Shown here one piece after another: positions 18,468 to 29,355 of a stretch of DNA of 64,000 nt. The stretch's first letter is position 1; every line of letters begins with the position of its first letter. The stretch is from positions 128,001 to 192,000 of the forward strand of contig CBDBFU010000012.1 of NCBI GenBank assembly GCA_965205025.1, in the 5' to 3' direction. The notes beneath the pieces are model-generated. The model worked only from the letters and a program-made list of their open reading frames with translations. It ran no database searches and was not told the DNA's origin. Made by a program: the position numbers and the translations under genes. This DNA is from Candidatus Poribacteria bacterium. Its GTDB lineage: Bacteria; Poribacteria; WGA-4E; WGA-3G.

Positions 18468-19845
18468 ATGGCAAAACGAGAAGAATTTATAGATGCAATC
18501 AATTTGTTTAGATCTGCCTCACAGTCCATTTCGGTAGAACAACGGATAGGACTTTTACAACAAGCTGTACAAGAGTATGGACTATCAATAGAAGAAGCAG
18601 AGGGGATAATCAAAGAAACAGGATTAAATGTCGGTGGTGCTATTAATTACTTTAGAGTCTTAGGTTTGTCAAATCACGAATTTGAAAATCTGAACGAAAC
18701 CACTATTACATCAATTATAGATGACGCACATAAACAACATTATACAGAATCATTAAGGGCAGGTGGCCTTCCTCGTCCTGATGGGAGAACCCAAGAACAG
18801 TGGAGAAATATCTTAAATCACGCACGCGATACTTTAATTGATCCACATAAACGCGAAGAATATCTATCACAATTATTGAGTGAAGAAGATTCATCTGATA
18901 GTCTCATTAATGATGTGTCCAACAATAATACCACTGATACGGAAATCTATAATCAGAATCATAACCAGACAGTCTCAATTGATAATAAAGCACAATTAAA
19001 TACATGCACCTTCGATTGTAAAAAATAAAAAAGTATTTACCCATCATGAATCACCTGCAAATATGGTACAAATCCCTGCTGGTGACTTCAGAATGGGTAG
19101 TAATAATGAAAAAGTTAGTAATAGAGAAAAACCTGCACATGTCGTGTATATTGACGAGTTTTTTATAGACACTAATTTAGTTACCAATGCAGAATATAAA
19201 GAGTTTGTAGATGCCAATCCACAATGGACAAAACCAACAAAATGGTTTCACTTAGAGAAAAAGATGAAATCTTATATACCTGAGAAATACCATGATGGTG
19301 ATTATCTAAAACATTGGAATGAGAATACATATCCTGATGAGAAAGCAGAACATCCTGTGACATGGGTGAGCTGGTATGCCGCAATGGCGTATGCTGAATG
19401 GGTGGCTAAACGTCTCCCAACAGAGGCAGAATGGGAAAAAGCTGCACGCGGTGGAATAACTGGACAGAATTATCCTTGGGGAGAATCAATTGATTATACT
19501 AAGGCTAATTATAATAGCTATATTGGTGAAACAACTTCTGTCGGTCAGTATCCTGCAAACGGATATGGAATTCATGATATGATAGGAAATGTCTGGGAAT
19601 GGTGTCTTGACGAGTATCAGGAAAATTACTATGCAAGTTCAGAACGCAAGAACCCAATTTGTGGTCCAAATACGGTTGAATCAATAGAATATAGTGATAT
19701 AGATAATAGACATGCACGGGTAATGCGAGGAGGTTCTTGGCTGGATGCCTCTCAATTCGTCCGTTCTGCATCCCGTTACAGGAACACACCTACACGTACA
19801 CTCGCAAGAATTGGGTTTCGTTGTGTCAAGTCTGCAACATCATAA
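18468..19845 (+). pseudogene. Divergent J-domain + FGE-sulfatase gene split by one frameshift (possibly a sequencing error)
   Basis: 18468-19028 carries the J-like part and 19063-19845 the FGE part. The second frame is open back to ~19003 (HAPSIVKNKKVFTHHESPANM). Confidence 0.8.
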
Positions 19846-19907
19846 TCCCGATAACTTCTTCATTGCAAATTTAGTTACACCTACATGTTTAATTACTGGT
19901 GGTACGT

Positions 19908-21299
19908 ATGTCAAATCGTGATGAGTTTATTGCTGTCGTAAATACACTCAAAACACTCTCTAATACAATTACAGATGAACAGAATAGAAGTCTATTACAG
20001 CAGGCAGTCCACGATCATGGTCTCTCAGTAGAAGACGCCTTGGAGATAATCGATTCATTAGGGATAATTGTTGGGGAAAAGATAAACTACTTAGAGATCT
20101 TAGGGTTTTCTATTGAAGATTTAAGTTCACAAGATGAATCTAACATTACTAAAATGCTTGAAATTGCCCATAAAAAATACTACTCTGAATCATTACAGTC
20201 GGGTGGGTTACCACGACAGGATGGGAGAACTCAAGAACAGTGGCGTACAATTCTAAATCAAGCCTATGATACATTGAAAGATCCAATAAAACGCAAGGAA
20301 CATATTGAAACCGTACAAACTGAGTCATCTCATGAGGAGAACACATCAACTATAGTAACCGAAATATCTGAACCTAAAGATACCTCATTACAAGTTGCAG
20401 TTCCAGAAGAAATGGTCTTAATTCCATCTGGGGATTTTCAGATGGGTAATAGTAATGAAAATGCAAATATACGCGAAACACCGGTACATATTGTCAATAC
20501 TGATGCATTTTATATTGACAAATATCCAATAACAAATGAACAATATAAAGCGTTTATAGATGCAAACCCATTATGGCGGAAACCATCTGAAGGATTGTGG
20601 TTATATCTTCAAAAATGGTATGAAAAAGGGAACGTTCGATTTCGATATAACTACATATATGATAAATATCATGATGGAGTGTATCTGAGACATTGGAGAC
20701 ATAATAGGTTCCCTCTTGAAACAGCTAATCATCCTGTTACCCATGTAAGTTGGTATGCTGCAATGGCGTATGCACAATGGGTTGGCAAACGTCTGCCAAC
20801 AGAAGCAGAATGGGAGAAAGCTGCACGGGGAGGGATAAATGGTCAGAAATATCCTTGGGGTGATTTAATGAATTCCAACATGGCAAATTGTAATGAGGAT
20901 GCAGATAAAACCACACCTATAGGAAAGTATCCTGCAAATAATTTCGGTGTTTTTGATATGGTTGGAAATATATGGGAGTGGTGCATTGATGAATATGTAA
21001 TGGATTTTTATACATCCTCTACATCTCTGAATCCTATCGCAGGCGTGGACTCAAAGGAGGACTTGGACAATTTCATTCTCAATTTTAGAGACGTAGATAG
21101 TGATCGTGTTTTGCGAGGTGGTACATCCTTTATTTCATCTGAACCTATCCATACTGCCGCACGTTGGGGTGGAACACCTATTCTTACTGAACATATTGCT
21201 TCCTATTCAACTAAGTATTTAGATACATTTTCAAGGCCAATCGCAGCAAACATTGGCTTCAGATGTGTATGGGATACAAACGTAAAAACGAATTCTTAA
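19908..21299 (+). CDS. Divergent J-domain + FGE-sulfatase domain protein
   Basis: RQD motif, LNQAYDTLKDPIKR; FGE-fold with insertions. Start MSNRDEF chosen by paralog alignment. Confidence 0.88.
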   Translation: MSNRDEFIAVVNTLKTLSNTITDEQNRSLLQQAVHDHGLSVEDALEIIDSLGIIVGEKINYLEILGFSIEDLSSQDESNITKMLEIAHKKYYSESLQSGGLPRQDGRTQEQWRTILNQAYDTLKDPIKRKEHIETVQTESSHEENTSTIVTEISEPKDTSLQVAVPEEMVLIPSGDFQMGNSNENANIRETPVHIVNTDAFYIDKYPITNEQYKAFIDANPLWRKPSEGLWLYLQKWYEKGNVRFRYNYIYDKYHDGVYLRHWRHNRFPLETANHPVTHVSWYAAMAYAQWVGKRLPTEAEWEKAARGGINGQKYPWGDLMNSNMANCNEDADKTTPIGKYPANNFGVFDMVGNIWEWCIDEYVMDFYTSSTSLNPIAGVDSKEDLDNFILNFRDVDSDRVLRGGTSFISSEPIHTAARWGGTPILTEHIASYSTKYLDTFSRPIAANIGFRCVWDTNVKTNS

Positions 21300-21326
21300 T
21301 TCTTGTTAAATCTAATTTATTAAACA

Positions 21327-23663
21327 ATGAATTCATATCCAAAAGAGAGATTGATTATGAAAAACAAAAATAGTTACATATTATGGTATAACAAACCAGC
21401 ACAAGAGTGGACAGATGCCCTACCCGTTGGGAATGGACGACTTGGGGCAATGGTGTTTGGGGGAGTAGAACAGGAACGGATCCAACTTAATGAAGAGAGT
21501 CTTTGGGAAGGATGTTTTCAGGATACAAATAATCCTAAGGCACTGCAAGCACTTCCAATTGTCCAACAATTGTTGTTTGAAGACAAAAATGATGAAGCCA
21601 CAACACTTGCTGGTGAAACGATGCTGGGTGTTCCACATCGGATAAAATCTTATCAGTCTTTAGGCGATATTATTATTGATTTTACTAATCATAGTGAAAT
21701 TACAGAATATCACCGGGAACTGGATTTAGATACAGGTATAGCAAAGACAACCTATCAAGTCGGTAATGATAATATCAATAGAGAAGTCTTCGCAACTGCT
21801 GTCGATGATATCATCGTTATCCGTATAGAATCCGATTCAGCCAATGCTGTTAGTTTTGATGTTACAATGACACGAGAACAGGATGCCTCGGTTGCATGCA
21901 TATCTGACAAAATCCTTAGACTTGATGGAGAATGTAGTGATGGTGGTCTACGTTTTTCTGCATATCTGAAGGCAAATGTTGATGATGGAAAAATAGAATC
22001 GAATGAAGATAAAATTTCTATTCGTTCTGCAAGTAGTGTAACATTGCTACTGTCTGGTGCAACGAGTTATATTAATCAGAAAGATGCAACGGGTAATCCA
22101 CATGAATTGTGTGAAGGTCATCTGTCATCAGTAGAAAACAAATCTTATGACAAATTACGTTCTGACCACATACAGGAACATCAATCTCTATTTCAAAGAG
22201 TAGACATAAACCTCGGTTCAAGCGATGCGGATAATCTACCTACAGATGAACGTCTAACAAAGGTAAAGGAAGGTGACTCTGACCCAGGGCTTGTTTCACT
22301 ATATTTTCAGTTTGGACGTTATCTTTTAATGGGGAGTTCAAGACCCGGATGTCTCCCAGCCAACCTGCAGGGGGTTTGGAACCATCACATGAAAGCCCCA
22401 TGGAACAGCGATTACCACACCAATATTAATCTACAAATGAATTACTGGGTTCCAGAAGTATGCAATCTCGCTGAATGTCATAAGCCGTTATTTGATTATA
22501 TGGATACACTCGTTGAACCTGGAAGTGAGACAGCAAAACGCCATTATGGTGCAGGGGGTTGGGTAGTTCATCACTTATCTGATATATGGGGATTTACAAC
22601 ACCAGCGGATGGTATTTGGGGGATATCACCTGTAGGTGCTGCATGGTTGAGCGAACATGTATGGGAACATTACCTGTTCGGTGGTGATGAGAAATTTCTT
22701 AGAGAACAAGGTTATCCACTCATGAAAGGTGCCGCACGTTTTATGCTTGATTTTCTAATTGAAGCACCAGAAGGTACACCTTTCGCTGGAAAACTTGTAA
22801 CGAATCCATCCCATTCACCTGAAAACAGTTTTCAAAAAGCTGATGGTACACGTTCACTATTCACTTATGCCGCAACAATTGACCTTGAGATTATACATGA
22901 ACTCTTCACAAATTGCATAGACTGTCTTGATGTACTCGGTATTGACGCGGATTTCCGAGAAGAATTAGTTTCATCTCTGGATCGGTTGGCACCACTACAG
23001 ATTAGTGAAAAAACAGGTAGACTGCAGGAGTGGATATATGACTATGATGAACCGGAACCAGGACATAGACATATGTCACATATGTATGGTCTACATCCAA
23101 GTTGTCAAATAACACTACGTGGCACTCCTGAGTTGGCAGAGGCAGCACGAAAATCTTTGGAATATCGATTGCAACATGGTGGCGGACAAACAGGATGGAG
23201 TCGGGCATGGTTGGTAAATTTCTTAGCACGACTTGAAGACGCAGAAGAAGCGTATAACCATTTACATGCACTCCTTGCAAGGTGTACCTTAACAAACCTG
23301 TTTGATACCCATCCACCATTCCAGATTGACGGAAACTTTGGGGGAACAGCAGGAATTGCTGAGATGCTTATACAAAGTCATGACGGAGAGATTAACCTAC
23401 TCCCCGCACTGCCAAAAGAATGGAATACCGGTTATGTTAAAGGGTTGCGTGCACGCAGTGGGTTTGAAGTGGATATGGAATGGGAAAATGGTACTCTTAC
23501 TAAGTCGATAATTTCTTCTCAACTTGGTAGGGAATGTACTGTTAGAACAACGGAAACTGTTTCGGTGTCGTGTGATAATGAAAAAATTGAATCAATTCAA
23601 TCTAATTCAGTGACAACATTCAGTACAGAGATTGGAAAAACCTACATAATATCTACTACATAG
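21327..23663 (+). CDS. Glycoside hydrolase family 95 (alpha-1,2-L-fucosidase-like)
   Basis: [50 protein letters not shown]. Confidence 0.93.
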   Translation: MNSYPKERLIMKNKNSYILWYNKPAQEWTDALPVGNGRLGAMVFGGVEQERIQLNEESLWEGCFQDTNNPKALQALPIVQQLLFEDKNDEATTLAGETMLGVPHRIKSYQSLGDIIIDFTNHSEITEYHRELDLDTGIAKTTYQVGNDNINREVFATAVDDIIVIRIESDSANAVSFDVTMTREQDASVACISDKILRLDGECSDGGLRFSAYLKANVDDGKIESNEDKISIRSASSVTLLLSGATSYINQKDATGNPHELCEGHLSSVENKSYDKLRSDHIQEHQSLFQRVDINLGSSDADNLPTDERLTKVKEGDSDPGLVSLYFQFGRYLLMGSSRPGCLPANLQGVWNHHMKAPWNSDYHTNINLQMNYWVPEVCNLAECHKPLFDYMDTLVEPGSETAKRHYGAGGWVVHHLSDIWGFTTPADGIWGISPVGAAWLSEHVWEHYLFGGDEKFLREQGYPLMKGAARFMLDFLIEAPEGTPFAGKLVTNPSHSPENSFQKADGTRSLFTYAATIDLEIIHELFTNCIDCLDVLGIDADFREELVSSLDRLAPLQISEKTGRLQEWIYDYDEPEPGHRHMSHMYGLHPSCQITLRGTPELAEAARKSLEYRLQHGGGQTGWSRAWLVNFLARLEDAEEAYNHLHALLARCTLTNLFDTHPPFQIDGNFGGTAGIAEMLIQSHDGEINLLPALPKEWNTGYVKGLRARSGFEVDMEWENGTLTKSIISSQLGRECTVRTTETVSVSCDNEKIESIQSNSVTTFSTEIGKTYIISTT

Positions 23664-23702
23664 TGTTCAAACAAATACATCGGGAGCCTATCCTATTAAA
23701 AG

Positions 23703-23741
23703 CAATAGACTCTATCAATGGAACATTGACGGAGTCTATTG
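23703..23741. terminator. Hairpin between convergent genes
   Basis: CAATAGACTC..TCAATG-gaa-CATTGA..GAGTCTATTG. Confidence 0.55.
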
Positions 23742-23780
23742 ATAATTCCAAGATTTATTTAGAAAATATTGTGATGACAA

Positions 23781-24572
23781 CTATTTTGTTTTTAAATTCC
23801 CCCAAGTTGTTGTCAACTTGCCACCTGCTTCAACAGCAGTAATCGCAGAAATTCCATCTTCCATCACAGATTTTACTTCATCATGAGTTAACCCACGTTT
23901 CCATACTTGCATGTCATCCATGAGTCCAGCAAAAGGACGGTTATTATCGATATTATAACCTACACGTGCCCCTTGACCCCAATCACCTGCGATAGGATCT
24001 GGCAATCGCGCTTTTTCCTCACCTACTTTTTCCCCATTAATATATAGATAAGCCATAGCTTCTTCACGACTAAATGTACCAGCGTAATGCACCCACTCTT
24101 TTGGCGTATTTTTACCTGCACGGATATCAAATAATGTTTTACCTGGATTATGTCCCCGATTGAGCCAGCGGAAATTACCACCTCCACGTGCTTCTGGATG
24201 TACTACCCAGGTACCATCTGTTGCACGTGCGTTGAAGAGTGCCATATCTGTAACTGCATCAACATTAATCCACGCGACAATACTCATACCTTGTGTCGGT
24301 ATATGGGCTGGATCAACGTTAGGACCATCCATATCAAGATAACTCCCCGATACAAAATGTCCAGCTTTACCAAATTTACCCGCATTCGCTTGGGTCACAT
24401 CTCCATTGATTGTCCCATCATAACCATGACCGGATTTATCAATAACTTTATTTCCAGAAAATTCTTCAAAATCAAAATAAAAAACTAAATCTTCATCTAA
24501 CACTTTTGCAGACAAACTGCTAATATGGGATGCAAACATCAAACATAGAACTACCAGTATGAAACGTTTCAT
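23781..24572 (-). CDS. Secreted LamG/concanavalin-A-like jellyroll protein with C-terminal GKLTTTWG motif
   Basis: Signal peptide; DKSGHGYDG, WVHYAGTF, LYINGE, FAGLMDD. Confidence 0.85.
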   Translation of the reverse strand: MKRFILVVLCLMFASHISSLSAKVLDEDLVFYFDFEEFSGNKVIDKSGHGYDGTINGDVTQANAGKFGKAGHFVSGSYLDMDGPNVDPAHIPTQGMSIVAWINVDAVTDMALFNARATDGTWVVHPEARGGGNFRWLNRGHNPGKTLFDIRAGKNTPKEWVHYAGTFSREEAMAYLYINGEKVGEEKARLPDPIAGDWGQGARVGYNIDNNRPFAGLMDDMQVWKRGLTHDEVKSVMEDGISAITAVEAGGKLTTTWGNLKTK

Positions 24573-24724
24573 ATAGATTACCCCTTTTACATTTGAATAG
24601 TATCAACCTTTAGATTGCTTATAGTAGATTAGTATAACAAAGTTAAGATTGTAAGGCAAACCAATTTCAATAACATCATTTAATTAATAAAATTGATTCT
24701 AAAAAAATAGGATTATTTTAATAT

Positions 24725-25060
24725 TACCCAAGTTGCTACTAAGGGATTCTGATCGTTTCAACACAGTTTTCAGACACTTTCCTCACCCCAGATGAAGTTA
24801 AAAAAATAAAATAGGTAATTTGGACCCAGAGCTGGTAGGTGTGGTTTCCTAACCGCACCATAGGCGTCAATTTAGGAGAAAAAATGTTGTATCCCAGGCC
24901 GGTAGGTGCGGTTTCCCAACCGCACTATTAGGCCTCAATTTTAGACTATGACTTTATTGGTTTTGAGTCCCGTAGGGACGGAATGTCTATAGAAAAAGGT
25001 ATATCAACATCCTGCACTCCAGCGGAGTGCTATGTAAGTAAATAGGTGGCAACTTGGGTT
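24725..25060. mobile_element. Composite MITE-like element containing REP hairpins and orphan IS ends
   Basis: Terminal inverted repeat ACCCAAGTTGC(T/C)AC / GTGGCAACTTGGGT; internal REPs at 24834 and 24901. Confidence 0.55.
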
Positions 25061-25193
25061 AATTACCATTAACCCAATCATGGTATTATTGGTAGAATTC
25101 AATTGAAAAAGCACACCCATCCTGCCAATTCTTTTAACTTGATTAATCAAAAATAATTATGTAAATTATGACAAGAAATTAGGAGAACCCAGA

Positions 25194-26975
25194 ATGAAAA
25201 TATCACCAATAGATTGGGCTATAATTATCGGCTATATCCTCTTTGCGTTAGGTCTGGGAATCTATTTCTCCAAACGTGCCGGTAAGAATATAAGTGAATT
25301 CTTCATCTCTGGTCGAAACCTACCTTGGTGGCTTGCTGGCACCTCAATGGTCGCAACTACCTTCGCATCAGACACACCCCTTGCGGTAACCGAAATCGTT
25401 GTAAAGGATGGTATATCCGGTAATTGGTTATGGTGGAATGCGGTCTTGAGCGGAATGTTAGCAACATTCCTTTTTTCTCGATTATGGCGTCGTTCTGAAA
25501 TCATCACCGATGTTGAATTCACAGAGTTACGCTATTCAGGACCATCAGCAAGTTTTCTACGGGGTTTCCGTGCATTATATATAGGACTGCCAATTAACTG
25601 CATTACAATGGGGTGGGTTATCCTTGCAATGCAGAAAATCGTTGTGATTACCTTTGACCTACCTGATACGACCTATACCAAAATCCTCGTCGTATTAGGA
25701 TGTCTCATAATTGCAGGAATCTATTGTGCTTTATCAGGATTTTGGGGTGTTGTTATGACCGACCTTGTCCAATTTGGAATGGCAATGATCGGTTCATTCT
25801 CTCTGGCAATTATCGCTATAACTAAAATTGGTGGTATAGGTGCATTAAAAGATAAACTGGTACAAAACTATGGAGTAGAACACAATATACTGAATTTCAA
25901 TCCCGACTTCAGCACCGGGAAAATGGCAATAATTACCTTTGGTGTATATCTCGGAATGCAATGGTGGGCATCAAATGGTGTGGATGGAAGTGGGTACATA
26001 GCACAGAGAATGTTTGCTGCGAAAAATGAACGACATACACTCCTCGCAACACTTTGGTTTAACATAGCACACTACACTCTTCGACCTTGGCCCTGGATCC
26101 TTGTGGCTTTGGTAGCAATGGTGGTCTATCCGGGTATAGGGAATCCTAATCATATTGATCCTTCATTACAGGATCCTGCCGCAGGATATGTTCTGTTAAT
26201 GCTTGATTATTTACCTGTCGGTCTACTGGGGTTAATGCTTACTGCATTCTTAGCTGCCTTTATGTCTACGATTGATACCCATCTGAATTGGGGAGCATCC
26301 TACCTTGTGAATGATTTTTATAAGAGGTTTATTACCCCCGATGAAACACCTGAACATTATGTTGCCATCTCCCGTTTATCTGTAATTCTGATAATGGTTT
26401 TCGCTGGTATAACAAGCCTTTTCATGGATTCAATTGCAGGTGCTTGGAAGTTTCTGATTGCTTTGAATGCTGGAATTGGACTTGTTCAAATATTAAGATG
26501 GTATTGGTGGCGAATAAATGCTTGGTCAGAAATATCTGCTATGGTCGCAGCTTTAATCGTTTCATTTTGTGTCTTTATTATTCCAGCAACCAAAGATCAA
26601 TTCGCACTTCAAATGCTGATTATTGTTCCAATCTCAACATTAGTTTGGTTAGTTGTTACATTTATCACACAACCCGTTTCCACGGCAACATTGATGAATT
26701 ATTACAAGAAAGTAAGACCGTCAAGATTAGGTTGGAATCGGATTATCAAAATAATAAATAGTGAAGATAAAACCACAACTATTGAACCTGATTCAAGTGG
26801 AATTCCTCCAATGATAAATTGGATAATTGGCGTGATTTTCATATATTCTCTTTTATTTGGTATAGGAAAGTTCATCTTAGGATTTACTGCTATAGGTATG
26901 TTATATCTATTTATTGCAATTATCTCAGGGTATATCATATATGTGAATTTACCTCGTGAAGAGAAAGACACTTGA
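25194..26975 (+). CDS. Sodium:solute symporter family (SSF) transporter
   Basis: Many TM helices; FFISGRNLPWW, TDLVQF, AAFMSTIDTHLNW. Confidence 0.92.
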   Translation: MKISPIDWAIIIGYILFALGLGIYFSKRAGKNISEFFISGRNLPWWLAGTSMVATTFASDTPLAVTEIVVKDGISGNWLWWNAVLSGMLATFLFSRLWRRSEIITDVEFTELRYSGPSASFLRGFRALYIGLPINCITMGWVILAMQKIVVITFDLPDTTYTKILVVLGCLIIAGIYCALSGFWGVVMTDLVQFGMAMIGSFSLAIIAITKIGGIGALKDKLVQNYGVEHNILNFNPDFSTGKMAIITFGVYLGMQWWASNGVDGSGYIAQRMFAAKNERHTLLATLWFNIAHYTLRPWPWILVALVAMVVYPGIGNPNHIDPSLQDPAAGYVLLMLDYLPVGLLGLMLTAFLAAFMSTIDTHLNWGASYLVNDFYKRFITPDETPEHYVAISRLSVILIMVFAGITSLFMDSIAGAWKFLIALNAGIGLVQILRWYWWRINAWSEISAMVAALIVSFCVFIIPATKDQFALQMLIIVPISTLVWLVVTFITQPVSTATLMNYYKKVRPSRLGWNRIIKIINSEDKTTTIEPDSSGIPPMINWIIGVIFIYSLLFGIGKFILGFTAIGMLYLFIAIISGYIIYVNLPREEKDT

Positions 26976-27727
26976 AAAGTATAGGTATCATTCCCGCACG
27001 ATATGCATCATCTCGGTTTGAGGGTAAACCTTTAGCTGATATATTTGGTAAACCGATGATACAACATGTATACGAGGGAGCATGTAGATCAAAGTTTCTT
27101 GATCAAGTGATCGTTGCTACCGATGATAAACGAATCTACGATGTCGTTAAGAATTTTAACGGAAATATTGTGATGACTTCTGAGTGTTCAACTGGAACGG
27201 AACGGGTTGCCGTCGTTGCTAAAGAGTTGAAATGTGATATCGTACTCAACATACAAGGTGATGAACCATTACTTGAACCTGAACATATTGATCTAATGCT
27301 TCAACCCTTCTTAACAACACCATCTATTCAAGTATGTACATTAAAGGAGAGAGTTCATTCTATTGAGGATTATCTGGACCCAAACGTCGTTAAAGTTGTT
27401 ACAAATCTTAACGGATATGCGTTGTATTTTTCAAGAAGTTCTCTGCCACATATTCCTGATAAAAATCAGAATGAGATAGACAAATTCAAGCATATATATA
27501 GGCATATCGGTTTATACGCCTATCGGAGAGAACAACTTCTTGAATTCATTACATGGGAATCTACCCCTAATGAAAAAGCCGAAGGCTTAGAACAGTTACG
27601 ATTTTTGGAACACGACGTAGATATACATGTCGTTGAAACGGATAAACCCCTTATTGGAGTTGATGTTCCTACAGACTTAGATCGGGTAAAACATTTCTTA
27701 GAAAAGAGAGGTATCGAAAGAAAATGA
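26972..27727 (+). CDS. kdsB: 3-deoxy-manno-octulosonate cytidylyltransferase
   Basis: IIPARYASSRFEGKPL, NIQGDEP, ALYFSRS, HIGLYAY, LEQLRFLE. Confidence 0.95.
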   Translation: MKSIGIIPARYASSRFEGKPLADIFGKPMIQHVYEGACRSKFLDQVIVATDDKRIYDVVKNFNGNIVMTSECSTGTERVAVVAKELKCDIVLNIQGDEPLLEPEHIDLMLQPFLTTPSIQVCTLKERVHSIEDYLDPNVVKVVTNLNGYALYFSRSSLPHIPDKNQNEIDKFKHIYRHIGLYAYRREQLLEFITWESTPNEKAEGLEQLRFLEHDVDIHVVETDKPLIGVDVPTDLDRVKHFLEKRGIERK

Positions 27728-29355
27728 CAAAATATATCTTTGTAACAGGTGGTGTGATCTCAGGTATTGGAAAGGGAATTACAACGGCTTCACTCGGAAG
27801 ATTACTAATAAATCGCGGTTTTAAAGTTAATGTCGTCAAAATTGATCCGTATCTTAATGTTGATGCTGGGGTAATGAATCCTTTTCAACACGGTGAAGTT
27901 TTTGTTACACATGATGGCGCGGAAACGGATTTAGATGTCGGAAATTATGAGCGATTCTTAGGCGTTGACCTAAATCAACAATCTAATTTCACTACGGGTT
28001 CAGTATATAATGAAGTAATTCAAAAAGAACGAAGAGGGGATTACCTCGGGCAAACCGTTCAATTAATACCTCATATTACGGATGAAATCAAAAAACGAAT
28101 ATATCAAATTGGTAAAGATAATCACGTCGATATCGTTATTACTGAAATCGGTGGTACCATAGGTGATTTTGAGATGCCTCCCTTTGTTGAAGCAATTAGA
28201 CAAATTGCTATGGAAGTGGGAAGAGAGAATACACTCTTCTTACACGTCTCATTGATATACACATTACCAAATGGTGAAAGTAAGAGTAAACCCACGCAAC
28301 ATAGCATCAGAAAACTTCAGGAATTTGGTATACAACCAGATCTATTATTGTGCCGTACCAGTCAACATCTTGAAGATAGTATCAGACGAAAAATATCGCT
28401 ACTATGTGGAATTAGTGAAGATTTTATCATAGAAGGATTAGATACGAACTGTGTCGATGAAATACCTCTGAATTTTGAGGAACAAGGTATGGGACATCTT
28501 GTAGCAAAGAAATTGGGTCTTGAAAGACGCGCAACATTAGATGCCGAATGGATTGCGATGGTAGAAAAATTAAAAAATCCTAAACACCACACTACCATCG
28601 CTATAGTTGGGAAATATACTACAGGGAGTGATGCTTATATTAGTGTTCAAGAAGCAATTAAACATGGGGGTATAGCAAACGAAGCTTCAGTTAATATCGA
28701 ATGGTTTGAAGCAGAAGCAGTAACAGAACTGTCCAATCTTGAAAAGTTGTTTGAAAATATAGATGGTATTTTAGTGCCAGGGGGATTTGGGGATCGCGGT
28801 ATTGAAGGCATGTTAACTACTGTCAAATATGCTCGTGAGAATCATATCCCTTACTTCGGATTATGTCTTGGTATGCAATGCCTCGTAATTGAATATGCAC
28901 GAAATGTAGCAAACTTAGAAGATGCTAATAGCACAGAAGTTGATGAAAATACACAATATCCTGTAATTGATTTGATGTTAGACCAACGTTCAATAGCAGA
29001 CTTGGGGGCAACCATGAGACTTGGACACTATCCTTGTGTACTTAAGGAAAATACGAAAAGTTACAATGCTTATCAACAACCTATAATTATTGAACGACAT
29101 CGACATAGATATGAATTGAATAACGACTTTCGTACTGAATTAGAAAACGCAGGTCTCTGTTTTAGTGGTGTTTCCCCAGATGAAAGTCTTGTCGAAATCG
29201 CTGAAGTGTCAGACCATCCGTGGATGGTTGGTTCTCAATTTCATCCTGAATTCCAGTCAAAACCTCTTGCCCCACACCCTTTATTCAGAGAATTCATTTC
29301 TGCAGTATTAAATCACCAGCAAGAGAGAATTAACACAGGAGATGATGATGAATAA
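27724..29355 (+). CDS. pyrG: CTP synthase
   Basis: TKYIFVTGGV, KIDPYLNVDAG, GLCLGMQ, ERHRHRYE, QFHPEF. Confidence 0.97.
   Translation: MTKYIFVTGGVISGIGKGITTASLGRLLINRGFKVNVVKIDPYLNVDAGVMNPFQHGEVFVTHDGAETDLDVGNYERFLGVDLNQQSNFTTGSVYNEVIQKERRGDYLGQTVQLIPHITDEIKKRIYQIGKDNHVDIVITEIGGTIGDFEMPPFVEAIRQIAMEVGRENTLFLHVSLIYTLPNGESKSKPTQHSIRKLQEFGIQPDLLLCRTSQHLEDSIRRKISLLCGISEDFIIEGLDTNCVDEIPLNFEEQGMGHLVAKKLGLERRATLDAEWIAMVEKLKNPKHHTTIAIVGKYTTGSDAYISVQEAIKHGGIANEASVNIEWFEAEAVTELSNLEKLFENIDGILVPGGFGDRGIEGMLTTVKYARENHIPYFGLCLGMQCLVIEYARNVANLEDANSTEVDENTQYPVIDLMLDQRSIADLGATMRLGHYPCVLKENTKSYNAYQQPIIIERHRHRYELNNDFRTELENAGLCFSGVSPDESLVEIAEVSDHPWMVGSQFHPEFQSKPLAPHPLFREFISAVLNHQQERINTGDDDE

Noticed and set aside
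11789-21299. FGE genes as sulfatase-maturation enzymes for the nearby sulfatase
   Set aside because: The catalytic Cys pair after RGGS is absent in all copies, and all are fused to J-like domains
10328-21299. Complete diversity-generating retroelement
   Set aside because: No reverse transcriptase, avd or template repeat seen in the window; the paralogs do not show an adenine-only difference pattern
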